This document shows, one piece after another, positions 14,885 to 28,531 of a stretch of 64,000 bases of DNA. Numbering within the stretch: the stretch's first letter is position 1; each line of letters begins with the position of its first letter. The notes below the pieces were generated by a model. That model was not told the origin of the DNA. It saw only the letters and a list, made by a program, of their open reading frames with translations, and ran no database searches. The stretch comes from the human T2T-CHM13v2.0 reference genome, Homo sapiens, in the NCBI RefSeq assembly GCF_009914755.1, contig NC_060931.1; one strand, written 5' to 3'. The translations under genes were made by a program, and so were the position numbers.

Positions 14885-15196
14885 CTAGAAACACGGTATA
14901 GTATAACAAAAACGGTTTCAACCTTTCAGCAGTGACATTGGCAAAGAATGTCAGAGTCCAAAATCTTTCAGCTAACTAACTTTCTGGAACTTGAGCTTAG
15001 CTGGCATCATTTTTCTTTAATTTCCACTCAATTATTGTCCAATGCAACAATTCTATCATGAAAGAAAGTTAAAGAGAAATATGTCTATTGGATGCAATTC
15101 AATCTTAATTTGAGATGTTTTAAAGAAAAACACAGTATCAGATTTTGTTGGTTGCACAGATTTGTTGCTAGAAAAAGTACTAAGAAAGAACATTAA

Positions 15197-15577
<381 letters not shown>

Positions 15578-16589
15578 TAATAGAGTTTCTTACAATAAAT
15601 ACAGTAGTTATTAGAACATTTTCAGCTAGTTCGTAATATAAGACAAAAGTTTTGTTTGGGGGTATTGTTTTGGGGTTGAGGGGACATACCACAATGTACT
15701 ATATTACAAAGAAGAATATCTGGATGCTAAATTCTACTTATTTCTGAAACACTAACTTGCCTGAGTTTCATGGATAAACTGATCTTAAGTGGGGATGAAA
15801 ATTAAACAGTTCATTACACAGACAGAAACACTTGGGCCCTTAATTCACTGAAACGAAATATAAAGTCCAGAGAAGTGGATATTTTGAGAGTAATGTCAAG
15901 AAGGTGTCTGTCTATTCATTGACTGCTATAAAACATTCTTTTAAAATTATAGCATATTTTTCACCTGTAGGAATTTTCAGGGACCTGTGGTTCTTTTGGT
16001 CAAAGGGCTAAATGAAACAAAGAAACAAAACATGATTTGCAAAATTACTGTGTATGCTCAGTTCCACTGAAGGAACCTTTCCCAAGCACACTATATACAG
16101 ATACCCTTGATCTTAATGATCTAAATGATCCATTAAAGTCTATTGCATCAATTACCCACATATTAAGTACTCCCTAAGTACATAACAGACTGTTAAAATT
16201 CCGACTAAGCCTTTATTGTTTATTTTATCAATGATCTGTGACTAATAGGTTGTATTTTCATTCCTAGTAGGATAATACCAGGATTCACAGAGACGCATCC
16301 AGTAGACACAGGGTTGCTGCATATCAGTGCTTGTCATGGAACATACGATGGGACAGATGCACCACCTCCTCTATGGTAATCAGTTTATATTTGTAAGCAA
16401 ACAGCCATCACAATATTCACAGTCCCACTAAGAAATGGTTTTTAGAAAAGCCTACTATAAAAGTAGATGCATTATCTTAGAGCAGAGAGCACTACAGAAT
16501 AGACGTAAATAAGACTTATGCACCTTGTCATCCTGAAAAGGAAAGCTGAGTTTACTCTTTTAAGATAGATTTTAATCTGAGTCAAGTCC

Positions 16590-16950
16590 ACGGCCACGGG
16601 TGACTAGATTGTGAGCTCTTTGGGGATAGGGATATCTTTAGTCTCCATAGTTTGCACAGGAACAGAATAAAGTAGGTGTCCAAAAAAGTTTGCTAAAACA
16701 GTAAGTCAGTGAGTGGATGAACAGGTCAGTAAAGGGCAGCCTGCTTATGGCTTCTGTAGGTGACGGAATGAAGAATGTACTAGTAGTTGGGGGACAAGGC
16801 CCCCAGGACCCTGGTTCTGCAACTTAGCAGCTGTGTGACCTTTAGTGAGAAATATAAGCCTTCAGGGGCTTGTAGTTCCTCACCTCTCAAATAAAAGGTT
16901 TAGGCAAACTAATTTCTAAGATCCCTTCCAGCTCTCAAATATAATGATTC
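16590..16950. mobile_element. L2 3' end remnant followed by MIR remnant
   Basis: ctagattgtgagctctttggggatagggat (L2 end); agctgtgtgacctt...ctaagatcccttccagctct (MIR). Confidence 0.55.
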
Positions 16951-17256
16951 CTCTGCTGGTACGTTGACCAAGTGACAATTTATTTTCTTTACAGTTACAT
17001 GCCTATAAAAAACCCATGGCACCCATTAATTTGAGATTTTTTTACTTCCAAATGTGAAAATGGGCATGGGGAAGGGTTTCAGAAACTTGTCTTAGGTTAC
17101 ATAGTTTATGTTTCTAAACAGTCACATGCAGACACATTCTAAATTGTTTTCCTAAGTAAATTAATCCTTATATGCATCTTATGAACTTTTAAAAAAGATA
17201 TTATTTCCTTAGGACACAAAACTTCAAGGGGACAATTCCACTTAAAACCACAATCC

Positions 17257-17656
17257 GGTATGTGATGTTCCCCTTCCTGTGTCCATGTGTTCTCATTATT
17301 CAGTTCCCACCTATGAGTAAGAACATGCGGTGTTTGGTTTTTTGTCCTTGCGATAGTTTGCTGAGAATAATGGTTTCCAGTTTCATCCATGTCCCTACAA
17401 AGGACACGAACTCATCATTTTTTATGGCTGCATAGTATTCCATGGTATATATGTACCATATTTTCTTAATCCAGTCTATCGTTGTTGGACATTTGTGGGG
17501 TGGGGGGTGGGGGGAGGGATACCATTAGGAGATATACCTAATGTTAAATGATGAGTTAATGGGTGCAGCACACCAACATGGCACATGTATACATATGTAA
17601 CAAACCTGCACGTTGTGCACATGTACCCTAAAACTTAAAGTATAATAATAAAAAAA
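17257..17656 (+). mobile_element. 5'-truncated, 5'-inverted L1PA (twin priming); ~17257-17494 inverted, ~17493-17656 forward with poly(A)
   Basis: two L1 3' segments in opposite orientation inside one TSD taaaa(c/t)cacaatcc (17243-17256 / 17657-17670). Confidence 0.92.
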
Positions 17657-19342
17657 TAAAATCACAATCCACAGTTTAATGTGCTAATGTTAATTAAGAG
17701 AAAAGGCAAGAAAAAGAGATTGAATATTGGCTTCAGTTTTATTGAGAAAAAAAATTAGTTGTGTGAGCAATCTCCAGCTGTCACACGTGAGAAGACAAGG
17801 TGCAAAGTCTCTGATCTGCAGCGGTATCATTGCTGTGTCTCTCCCTCAATACAAATATTTAAATTGCCAAGTTTTTCTTTCTCTACCTCTCAAAACTAAG
17901 TAATCTTAGGAAGAAAATCTTGTCCACTTTGGATTGAGTCTGAAGGCAGAACTACTGTTGTGTGGGTCATGAAATGAAGTTGACTTGCATTTAAAATCTA
18001 AACTCTCCGGATTCCCCAAAGCAACAAAACTTGACTCCTTTATTTGATTTTTCCTTCCCATATAACTTGAAGACTGAAATGAAACAGTATTGAATCATCT
18101 CTTCATAGTTATGTTACCTGAGGGATCAAGGTAAATGAAGGCTGACTAAATTGTATTTTCCACCTTCAGAGTTCCTGTAATTACATTTACCCAATTATTC
18201 TGAAACTCATTCACTCATTAGGTGTTGATTTGTTTATGAAGTCAGCGACTGATAGCTGTTTGGGTCTCATCAGGCCATGTTCTTATGTAAATGTCTCTCA
18301 TAAAAACAAAATTAATTTTCATTGGGTAACAAATGTTCATACACAATGTAATTTCTCTACGCAGGTACATACATTCAGTATTTTCATTCTAAGTTGCCCT
18401 ATCTAGCACATTTCCCAAAGTTAACAAATATGTGATAATGCAGGGACCACATTTGCTTTTATGTATTCAATTTATAATTGCATATGTTTAAATCAAAACG
18501 GCAGAACAAAGATTTGGCCAAAAAAAGATTACTGCTACAAACTGCATTCCCTTTCCCCAATGCTTGAGAAAAACCTGCTATTTGCAAAGGTTTAAAATTA
18601 TCAAAATAAATAAAGTTATCAAGACTTCCAAGGAATGTAAATATACTTTATTTTTATGGCAGAGCTTTTAAGCATTATAGATCCAAAAACAATGACAATA
18701 ACTAGTAGAATATGATTTTTTTGAAATGTAGCAATAATGTTTAGTTTAAATATTAGTCAGTAGGAATGTTAAGATAAATATTCTGCTGGGTTGTTTTTTA
18801 AAAAATATTTTCACTTTTTTTTTTCCAGGGCTTTGAAGGAAATTTGGAAAAGCAGAATTAAATTACTTGTTACATATACTTAAAGGTAAATGGTCCGGGG
18901 AATAATTTAGTAGAAAATTTATCTAACATCATAATATTAACTATTTATTAAAAGAGATACTTTATAATAAAACATCTCTTTAGCACATTGAGGCTCATCA
19001 AGTTAAAATTCTGTTTAATTCCCCAATGTCCAATAAGCACAACTACTACCTGCCAGGTACTCCAGGGAATTTAAACGCTTATGGGTTAATATATTTCCTT
19101 TCAGTGTGTGTTTAACACTGAAGATAATTAACCTTTTCTGACTATACTAAAAATTCCAGCTTGGTGTTGCTATCTTTTGAGCTAGAAAATAATAATGTAG
19201 CACACAATTTGAGTGTCAAAGAACCTGCAAAGGCTTTTCTGATAAGGACAACACTTTCTGAATTTGCCTAAGCTACATTAAATAAGAACAATAGTTCATA
19301 ATGTTTCTAGGGACAAAAAGACATCTCTAAAATATACTATTA

Positions 19343-19914
<572 letters not shown>

Positions 19915-21092
19915 TTATACAAAGCATTAGTAGAGTATCTAGGAAATGTCTCACAGTTGGAAACAGAAAAATCTGTGGAAATCAAATTTCAAGCATTGTA
20001 TTCCAACTGACATAATAATGCATCCTTCAAAATAATCAAATAGGCATTTTTACATAATGCAGGAATTCAATCTTCAACTAAAGGCATAAAAATAACTCTA
20101 GGTTGGTATCTAACCAATTGTTTTTGTGTAGAGTCTAACTTTTATATAAAATAATCTGAGAAGGTTTATTTAGTAATTTTCTTTTTACAAAAGAGCGATT
20201 GTTAGGCAGATACTACAGAATAATATAATACTTATCTCTTTTATGCTTTTTCTTCTGCACAAATTACAGAATCTTAGAACTACAGGACTGGAGGGACCTG
20301 TAAGATCATGTAATTAAACCTTTTCATTATACTTACAAGGACCTGGCCTTGAAGAGGTTGTGAATGGTTAAGATCACGTGATTAATTAATCATTGGTAGA
20401 GCTATACTGAGAATTCAGGCCTTCTAATTTCTAGTCTAAGGATTTTTCTTTGGGTGATTTCATCCTGAACCAGAAATCGTTTAATTTTTTCCCCAAATAT
20501 TACATCTTTTTGAGTGATCAATCTAACACAAAACAAGGTAATATTTGGGAAAAAACTATTGTGCTTTTTTCTTTCACACTATCAAATGTTTAACTTTCTT
20601 CCTAGTTTACTGAAGCCTCTGTTTCCTGGGGGATAATTTTTAGTGTTACTGAAAAAACATGAATAGAGAAAGGGTGTATATTAAGCTTTTGATATACAAA
20701 AGTAAGGGTTTGCAACGAGAAAACAGCTTTGCAATCCAAATTACTTGAATTTCTAGATTCCTATATTCCTTTTTGTATGTCAAACTGAAAGTAACCGACT
20801 CATTGAGTTCTCCCATAAAAAGAAAAAGCTGGGGCAAGTAGGAAAGTCAGAGAAGGCTAGGACAGTTTGGAAACCACATTTTCATATTTGTTATTAGCTC
20901 TCTTTTTCAAATATCATTCACATAAATGAAAGGTTTTGGTCTTTTGATAATAAAATAAAAAGAATAAACATCATGCTATTGTGCTTAACTTGCCTTCATA
21001 TTCAAGTCATACTTGAATCAATAGAGACAGAATTGAATCAAAAGGGATAGTCAAAGTTAAAGTGACAGCCATATCTAAAGATGTCATCTCAC

Positions 21093-21205
21093 CAAGTTTT
21101 CTGGGGAAGAAGCACTATGACTCTCCTCCACTGTGTAAACTCACTGGCATGGTAAATACTTGCTGATGTAAATTCCTGACAACTTGGCATACTTGGAAGG
21201 CATTC
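21093..21205 (-). CDS. RELN: Reelin exon 22 (113 nt): [37 protein letters not shown]
   Basis: read manually; acceptor tttctttcag|G, donor TTG|gtgaga; phase 0-2. Confidence 0.96.
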
Positions 21206-21682
21206 CTGAAAGAAAGTTAGGCACAAATCAAACCCAGCTTCTGTTTTCCTCAGGTGAAATATGTCTACTCACCCACTGTAAGTGAAAAAGACCTCAGAGA
21301 AATCTAATGTCATAATCTTAACTATTTGTGATATGGAAACAATCCATGATTTTTCTTTCCATGAAGCTAAAACTTCATAGAAAGTCTTAAAATTATGTAA
21401 GAAATAATTTCAAATGAGGTGCCATAAAGAAATTGAGTATTTCCCAATACTCGCACATACAAACAGAGACGGATTAGGATTCTGTTTTTAGGCCTGTTAT
21501 CGTAACACTGGCATTTGGTAAAAATTAGTTTATTCACTATGATATTTATCCATTTGTTGCAATGGCAGATTGCTAAGACATGTATGAATTTTATTCCCAG
21601 ATCTATATATTTCTTCTTTGTTTCTAAAGACAAGAAATACCACATTCTTAATATGGTCTACCTATAGGTAGAGACAGATGAA

Positions 21683-21721
21683 GACACATTTATAAAGAAA
21701 GGGACACATTTATAAAGAAAG
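21683..21721. repeat. 20-bp-period tandem duplication (gacacatttataaagaaag x2)
   Basis: direct reading. Confidence 0.9.
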
Positions 21722-22008
21722 AGGGATAGAGAAAATAATACTCAAAACATCATTTGAGGGTAGCCAGTTTTGGAAGTTATTTTCATTTCTTTTTTATTTC
21801 CAATTATTCTTTAATATCTGTCATGAAGAATGTGGCATTTTTGTAATCCTTTGCTGACTTTATGTTAATTCTAAGTTACAAATATTAAATAACACTGTTT
21901 CTTTTCAACCAAACCTAAACTTCTAGAACTGTAATTTTTTTTTTTTTTGGCTTCCTAGGTAAAAGGCAGAAGGTTACCTGTTACAAGGTTTAAGGAAACT
22001 AGACTTAC

Positions 22009-22201
22009 TTCTTGGACGAGGTGCCAGGTAAGGCCGTGGTTGGTTGAGTACTCCAGCTTCACCTGGTTGTCCATGTGTGGGGTGTATTTCTGGCCACATC
22101 CCATCACCAAACTGAACTGAATCATATAGGATGCTCCTATCTGCATTGATTGTGTTTCCACATAGCGCATACTTGAGGCAAGTTTAGAATCTCCTGTAAA
22201 A
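22009..22201 (-). CDS. RELN: Reelin exon 21 (193 nt): [64 protein letters not shown], Asp-box YSTNHGLTW
   Basis: acceptor ctctttcag|T, donor GAA|gtaagt; ORF 21955..22170(-); phase 2-0. Confidence 0.97.
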
Positions 22202-22709
22202 CTGAAAGAGACAGAGATGGAAATCAGAAAATTCTAAACACAATGTATTAGAGAAAAATTAAAGTCTTCACTTCACACTATATACCAAAATAATTTCATT
22301 TTACTTGTTTAAACCTTGCCAAATTCTAGAATGGATTTCGGTCAATCTAATAAATGCAATTTGAAACAAGCTTTCAAAGATGAAACTTTTTTAAAAAAGT
22401 TAACATCTACAGTTGTCAAATGTACCTAAAATTGGGTACCCACTCATATATTGCTCATGAATATAAACCTTTTGACTCATTAATCTCACTTCTTGAAATC
22501 TATCCTGAGAAAATAATTTTAAATTTAGAGACAGTTTTTATAAAATATGAAAAGTATTACAGGATTACTGCTAATAGTAATTGGTAACAATGTCAATGTC
22601 AAAATGGAAGGCTTAAGTAAAATGATAGAGCACTTGACGGAACATTATCTATCTTTCAAATACTTATAGATAATATAATCACATTAAAATGTATATGATT
22701 AAATAAGCC

Positions 22710-22972
22710 TTTTTTTTTTTTTTGAGACGGAGTTTTGATCTTGGCTCACCGCAACCTCCGCCCCCCTGGTTCAAGTGATTCTCCTGCCTCAGCCTCCCTA
22801 GTAGCTGGGATTACAGGCATGTGCCACCATGCCCGGCTAATTTTGTATTTTTAGTAGAGACAGTGTTTCTCCATGTTGGTCAGGGTGGTCTCGAACTCCC
22901 GACCTCAGGTGATCTGCCCATCTTGGCCTCCCAAGGTGCTGGGATTATAGGCATGAGCCACCGCGCCCAGCC
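22710..22972 (-). mobile_element. Alu (AluSp-like) with an internal deletion of roughly 30-35 bp in the right arm
   Basis: gagacggagtttt joins directly to gatcttggctcaccgcaacc; TSD approx. aaataag(c/t)ct. Confidence 0.93.
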
Positions 22973-24603
22973 TGAAATAAGTCTTAAAAAGCCATAAAAT
23001 TATGCATGAAGGAAATTCACCAGAATGTTTGCAGTAGCTGTGTTTGGTGGCAGGAAATTTGCGATTTACAATTTTCTTTTTGTTTTCCTTATTTTTCAAA
23101 TGGCCTTTACTGAAAACATCATAATATAGTTTTAATGGTTGTGTCTCAAATCAGTAAAATTCACGTCACGGGTCCCAATTAAGTACTACATAATTACAAA
23201 TTGTTTGAAGGCAGGCAAATTAATTTTTTAAGAGAAAACTGCTCAGGAGCTTGTAATTTATCATAGAAGATTAAAATATAGACATATTATATTGTAGTTA
23301 CATGAGTCAATGTAAATATTCCCAGGGTCAATCACACTAAAGTTTGTCCATCACAGTACTTGTTTCTGCTACTCTGAAGCAGTCTTGCAAATCCATTAAG
23401 AGACAGCAAATGCCACAACTTGTTTATTATTATTGTTAAAGATGTCTACCATTTGTGGAATCTCGGCCATGTCCTAAGACACAATACCCACATTACTTTC
23501 CTTAGTTCCATCTTTCAGTAACTCTGTGTAGTAGGAATAATTATTTCTTTTTAACAGATGAGAAAATGGGGCTAGTAAATGGGATACTCAATGGGAAATC
23601 AGCTTTGCCTGACTCTAAAGCTTCTTAACCAAAGACACTATATCTTTGTTTTTCTGTTACTGTAAGATTGGGAGAGAAAAAACACTGCAGTTTGGAATAA
23701 TTTTTTTAATTTTTGTTTTGTTTACAGTGAATTTACAAATCACTAACTTTCAGTTACTATGCAATGATACTCTGATGTTAAAAATATAAAACCATGATTG
23801 CTGTTATGTGTTTGGATCCACAGGATGCAATCTGGAAAATATCAAGCTGTAGAATGCAATTTTTAGCAATATTGGAAAAATAAAAGAAATCAACACAGAA
23901 TAAAAATCATAGTAAGCCATAGAGGCACACACTTGTCTATACTACTCCTAGGGTCTTTTAAGTAGGCAAAAGAAATCCCAAATGCTTATCTCTGTAAGAA
24001 ATAGGCATTGCTTTTAGCTTCAAGGGTTAAATGTCTCTCTAAAATCCTTTATGAGGAAGATACTTAGAGGCAGCCAACTAGGCTTCATTTAAATTGTTTG
24101 CTTTAAAGATACACCAGTCTCCTGGGCATCAGGGGAGAAAGCCTAACAGTGCCTGGTAGTACATGGGCTGAAGGGTCTGCAAATGACAGAGCCAACAATG
24201 CTTTCTCACTCACACCATGAACAGTATTTCCCCACCTGAGCATTTCTGAAATAACTTAAGATTATTTTTACAATCAGCATCTTGTAAATTTCTCCCTTCT
24301 GAGATGGTTTCGTGTCCTCATAATTCTATAGAGAAACAGAAGGAAATGCTGTGTTTTATAAATATTGCCTGCACCTAATGTTTGCATGATTACAAATGTA
24401 ACTACGAAATTGGCTGAAGAGAGGAAGTATTCAATGCTGAGGAGAGTCATGTGCTCTGTGAGCTATTTTGGAATAGCTGATAACAGATTTTAAAGGTGCC
24501 AAGACACCAAGAAAGAAACAAGATAAAAATTACGTAAAATAATAGATTAAATAAGCAAAATGAAGGCAGTTAAACAATGATAACCAAATTTTTGCTTAGC
24601 AAC

Positions 24604-25162
24604 TGTATCTGTTCAACTGGTAGAATAGGAATCTAGAGTTATTTGGTGTCTCCCATTTCCTATTGCAAATGCTTTGGTGTGGACTGATCCAGCTGCCAGT
24701 CACAGCCTCTTCCTTTTAGTCACTATCCAGTGATTGGTCTAGGGGTGGCCATGTGTCCAGCAGTGGGTTCTCACCAATGAGATATAAGTAAAAGGTGGAA
24801 GGTGAATTTATCCATTTGGCTTTCATTATAAGTGTTTTAAAAGGGAATCAATGGAATTGGCTGCCATATCCTTTTCCCTGTTGCTCCTATGGTCATCTTT
24901 CCTCTCTAGGGGGCAGCAGCCATCTTGTGACAATAATGGAACATTATTAGATAAAGACCTCTCTGCTGAGACTGTGGAACAGAAAAGTGAGAGAGCCTGG
25001 GTCCCCAGTGTCCTTGTTAAGGTGCTCACAAGCCCAGGACTGCCTATTCTAGGACTGCTTGTTACAAATGACAGATAAGCCTCTTTACTTTCATTTATGT
25101 CATGGTCAGTCTTTTCTTGTGTTTGTTGTAATCTAGAGCTGAACGTATTTCTAAGTGATACA
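24604..25162. mobile_element. Old MaLR LTR (MLT1-like); 5' boundary approximate
   Basis: gggtggccatgtg, gcagccatcttgtgac, and the MLT1-type terminus ctaagtgataca. Confidence 0.55.
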
Positions 25163-27029
25163 TCTGTCATACTTCCTGGTACCATATGATATCTATCCTG
25201 ATGCCTTAATCTGAAGCAAAATAACACTGAAAAGCACTTTAAACTCCAGACCATTCATAGCGTTAGTCTACTTGATTGTTTCTGGTTTATTCAAGACTGG
25301 CAGTGATACTGGGTCTGTTTTTTTTCACAGACTATGAATTTCACAGACTGTGATCCTTTAACTTACAAAACTGCTCCTCTTTGCTGCTTGTCTAAATCAA
25401 GACATATTTATAAAGGCAAACATGAAGCTGAACTTCTTTTCTGTTACAATCATAGGAACAGAAAAGAACAGCCCACATCAGCATTTTGGGGAGAAATTCT
25501 GGAGAGAGAAGGCATTGGGAATCAGGAGGCTTGGCTTTATTTATATTGACTTGCAAGGGTGCCTCAAAAATAAAGCTCCTACATCTAATTGCAAGATTTA
25601 ATGAGAGAATGGGGATAACTCCACTTAGGACAGGATTACCTTTCTAGCCTTCTTTATTCCCACCTCCAAGAAGGCTAGTAGGCCATGACACTGGCCAAAT
25701 GGATAAGAGCTTAGTAGAATTTGAGTCTCCACAGTTCTCTGCTTAGTCCATACTACAGCTCCTTTGCCTCGCCCTCCTTTCTTAATCTCATGTATTGCTG
25801 AGGATCTGTTTTTTGATCAGGTCGGAAGCCTGTCCACAGGGAGGGATCATACCTTATTCATCTCTGCATCCCCTAAAGCCCTCAGAACCTTGCCTACAAC
25901 TCACAGAAGCACATTGTTTTGGACATCGTGATTTTCTAACAGCTGGATTATCTCACTTGACCTTTGAGTCAAGACCCTCTGGGAGACCATCAGGGATCCT
26001 TAACATTGTGTTATGGAGAAGGAAAATAGAGAAGCTGAGTTGCTAGCCTCAGGGTCACACAGTTACTAAAAAGCTAGAAACTAGGCTTTCTGGTTTCTCC
26101 TTTGAAGTCCTTTCTACTATGTCCTGTGTATCAAAGGCTCCCAAAGAATGTTTGTTAAATAAAATGAGCATGTGAGTAAGGTCCCTCAACTGGGGAGTAG
26201 GGAAGTTTAACAAAACTATAGTTACTTAAATGCTGTAATGAATACCGACAAGGTTTTGAGGTTATCTTCACTTAAGTAAATCAGTTTCTGCATTCTTCCC
26301 AGAGCCTCTTTCCCATCTCCAGAAAAAAGGCTCTTTTATATGAAAGGCAGACACACATAGCCAAAGTAAGTGGTAGAATACTTGAGCCACAAAGTTCCTT
26401 AAAAGCAAATTCATGTCAAAGAGCCAAGCTACCTAGGGAACTGAGCCATTTTTTGCAACTGAGCCCATCTCTTTAAGAGCGGTTTAGTATATAAGTCAAT
26501 ATGGATGAAATCTCACTATTCATGTGCCATAAGAGAAGCTAATGCATCCATATTTGCATTTCTTAGAAATCTAAGCAACATTCTATTATTTTCAAGGGTC
26601 CCACAGAAAAAACAGCTCTGCAGAGCTTATTTCTAGAGAAACAGAAGAGCCATACAATGTTGTTTTTGTTTTGATACCATTCAGAAGTTATATTCATCTG
26701 AAGAAGAAGAGGTGAATGAATGTACGCCTCTCTGATATCATTCTTTTATTGGTTATGTTCTTGTAATCATCAAAGAAACGTTTACTAGATTAGGCGGAAA
26801 AACTTGTTGATGTTGTGGGCTTAAAGGCAGCATTTTAACTCACTTGTTATTTCTATGGTATTACATTTCAAAACAAACAACCATATTATTTTAGTGGATT
26901 ATAGAAATTGTATACTTATTGGAAAAAACAACCCGATAATATAAAAGCAGCATTTTTTAAAAGGTAAAAATGGGCAATTCCACCTTCTAGAGATGACCAC
27001 AAAATGTACAGTTATGTTTTGGTAAAAAT

Positions 27030-27870
27030 ACTTCCAGACAGTTTTTCTCATGTGTACACACACATACTTTTTTTAAAAAAATTATGAAATCATAATAAAT
27101 ATGCTTTACTCCTTTTTACAACATTTAATTGCCATCTTTCTATATTGACAAAATATGGTGAGACATTTTGATTTTTAATGAATCAAGCCAATCTTCAATT
27201 ATAAAAATTTGGTGAGGTTGTTTTCACTTTTTACTATTATAAGAAATGCTTCTATAATATACATCCTTGTATATCTTTGTGCACTTGTCCAATTATTTTC
27301 TTGGGATAAATTCCCAAAAGCAGATTCCTTCGTTAAAGCAAATACACACTTAAAAAGTTGACACTTATTGTCAAGCTGCCCTCCAAAAAGATTGCACCAA
27401 GTTACATTTACCAAGAACATCAACAATGACTGAGGTGCCACTGCTTACTACTTGTCAATACTGAACTTTTTATTTTGGTCACTTTATGCCTACACTCCCT
27501 TAATCTACATTTTTTGATTATTAAAGAAGTTTAGAAGCTATTCATGTTTATTGGCTACATATACAGTGTGTGTGTGTGAAGCCTTTTCATGGACTTTGCC
27601 CATTTTTAAAGTGGGTTTATTTTTACTTACTGATTTGTAAGAGTTCTTTATACATTGAGGATATATAGTCTGTCATATGTGTTGAAAATATTCCCTTGCT
27701 TCAAATTTGTTGTAATGTTTTGTTTCTTTAAGGAGGTTTGTCCTCCTGAAACACAAGTTTAAAACTTTTAAGTAGTGGAATATGTGACTGTTATAGTCCC
27801 TGATTCTGGTGTCATGTTTTATTGGTATCTTTTGAGACTGTCTCTAAGCCTAGTTCATGATATTTTCATA
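27030..27870 (-). mobile_element. Ancient L1M (L1ME-like) fragment
   Basis: acatccttgtatatctttgtgcac, ttgtaagagttctttatacatt; diverged L1 ORF2/3' sequence. Confidence 0.55.
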
Positions 27871-27897
27871 AATGTCTATTGGACATCTGAAAGGAAT

Positions 27898-28053
27898 CTA
27901 TATATATGTGTGTGTGTATATATATGCATATATGTGTATATATGTGTAGATATATGTATATATATGTGTGTATATATATTCCTTTCATATATATATATTC
28001 CTTTCAGATATATATATACACATTTATTATATATATACATGTGTGTATATATA
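27898..28053. repeat. (TA)n/(TG)n compound microsatellite
   Basis: direct reading. Confidence 0.9.
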
Positions 28054-28106
28054 CATTTTATTTGTAGGGTACAATCTTTATCTACTAAATCTTGCCTGTT
28101 AATTAC

Positions 28107-28531
28107 TGCTATAGTTTGGATGTTTGTCCCTCCAAATCTCATTTTGAAATTTGTTCCCTAATGCTGAAGAGGGGGCCTAATGGGAGATGTTTGGGCCATA
28201 GCGGTGGATCTTTCATGAATGGCTTGGTACTGTCCTTGAGGTAATGAGTGAGTTCTTGCTTTATTAGTTTCCCTGAGAGCTGGTTCTTAGAAACAGCCTG
28301 GTACCTCCCTGCCCTCTCTCCTGCTTCCTCTGTCACCATGTCATCTCTGTACCCACTGGCTCCCCTTCTCCTTCTGCCAGGAGTGGAAGCAGCCTGAATC
28401 CCTCACCACAGGCAAATGTCGGCACTGTACTTCTTGTACAGTCTGCAGAACTGTGAGCCAAATAAACCTCTTTTCTTTACAAATTACCCAGCCTCGGGTA
28501 ATCTTTATAGGAACACAAATGAACTAAGACA
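28107..28531 (+). mobile_element. MaLR solo LTR (MSTB-like)
   Basis: TG...CA termini (tgctatagtttggatgtttgtccc ... gaactaagaca), aataaa near the 3' end, 5-bp TSD attac. Confidence 0.9.

Noticed and set aside
13761-14921. ORFs 13761..13961 and 14646..14921 (also 4680..4907 and 46658..46858) overlapping exons in other frames
   Set aside because: Alternative-frame shadows of real exons; short and unsupported.
24826-25254. 142-aa minus-strand ORF as a hidden gene or exon
   Set aside because: It lies mostly in an LTR remnant, has no reelin motifs, and the reelin frame is complete without it.
27775-28161. 128-aa and 88-aa Tyr/Ile-rich ORFs
   Set aside because: Translation of the (TA)n/(TG)n microsatellite.
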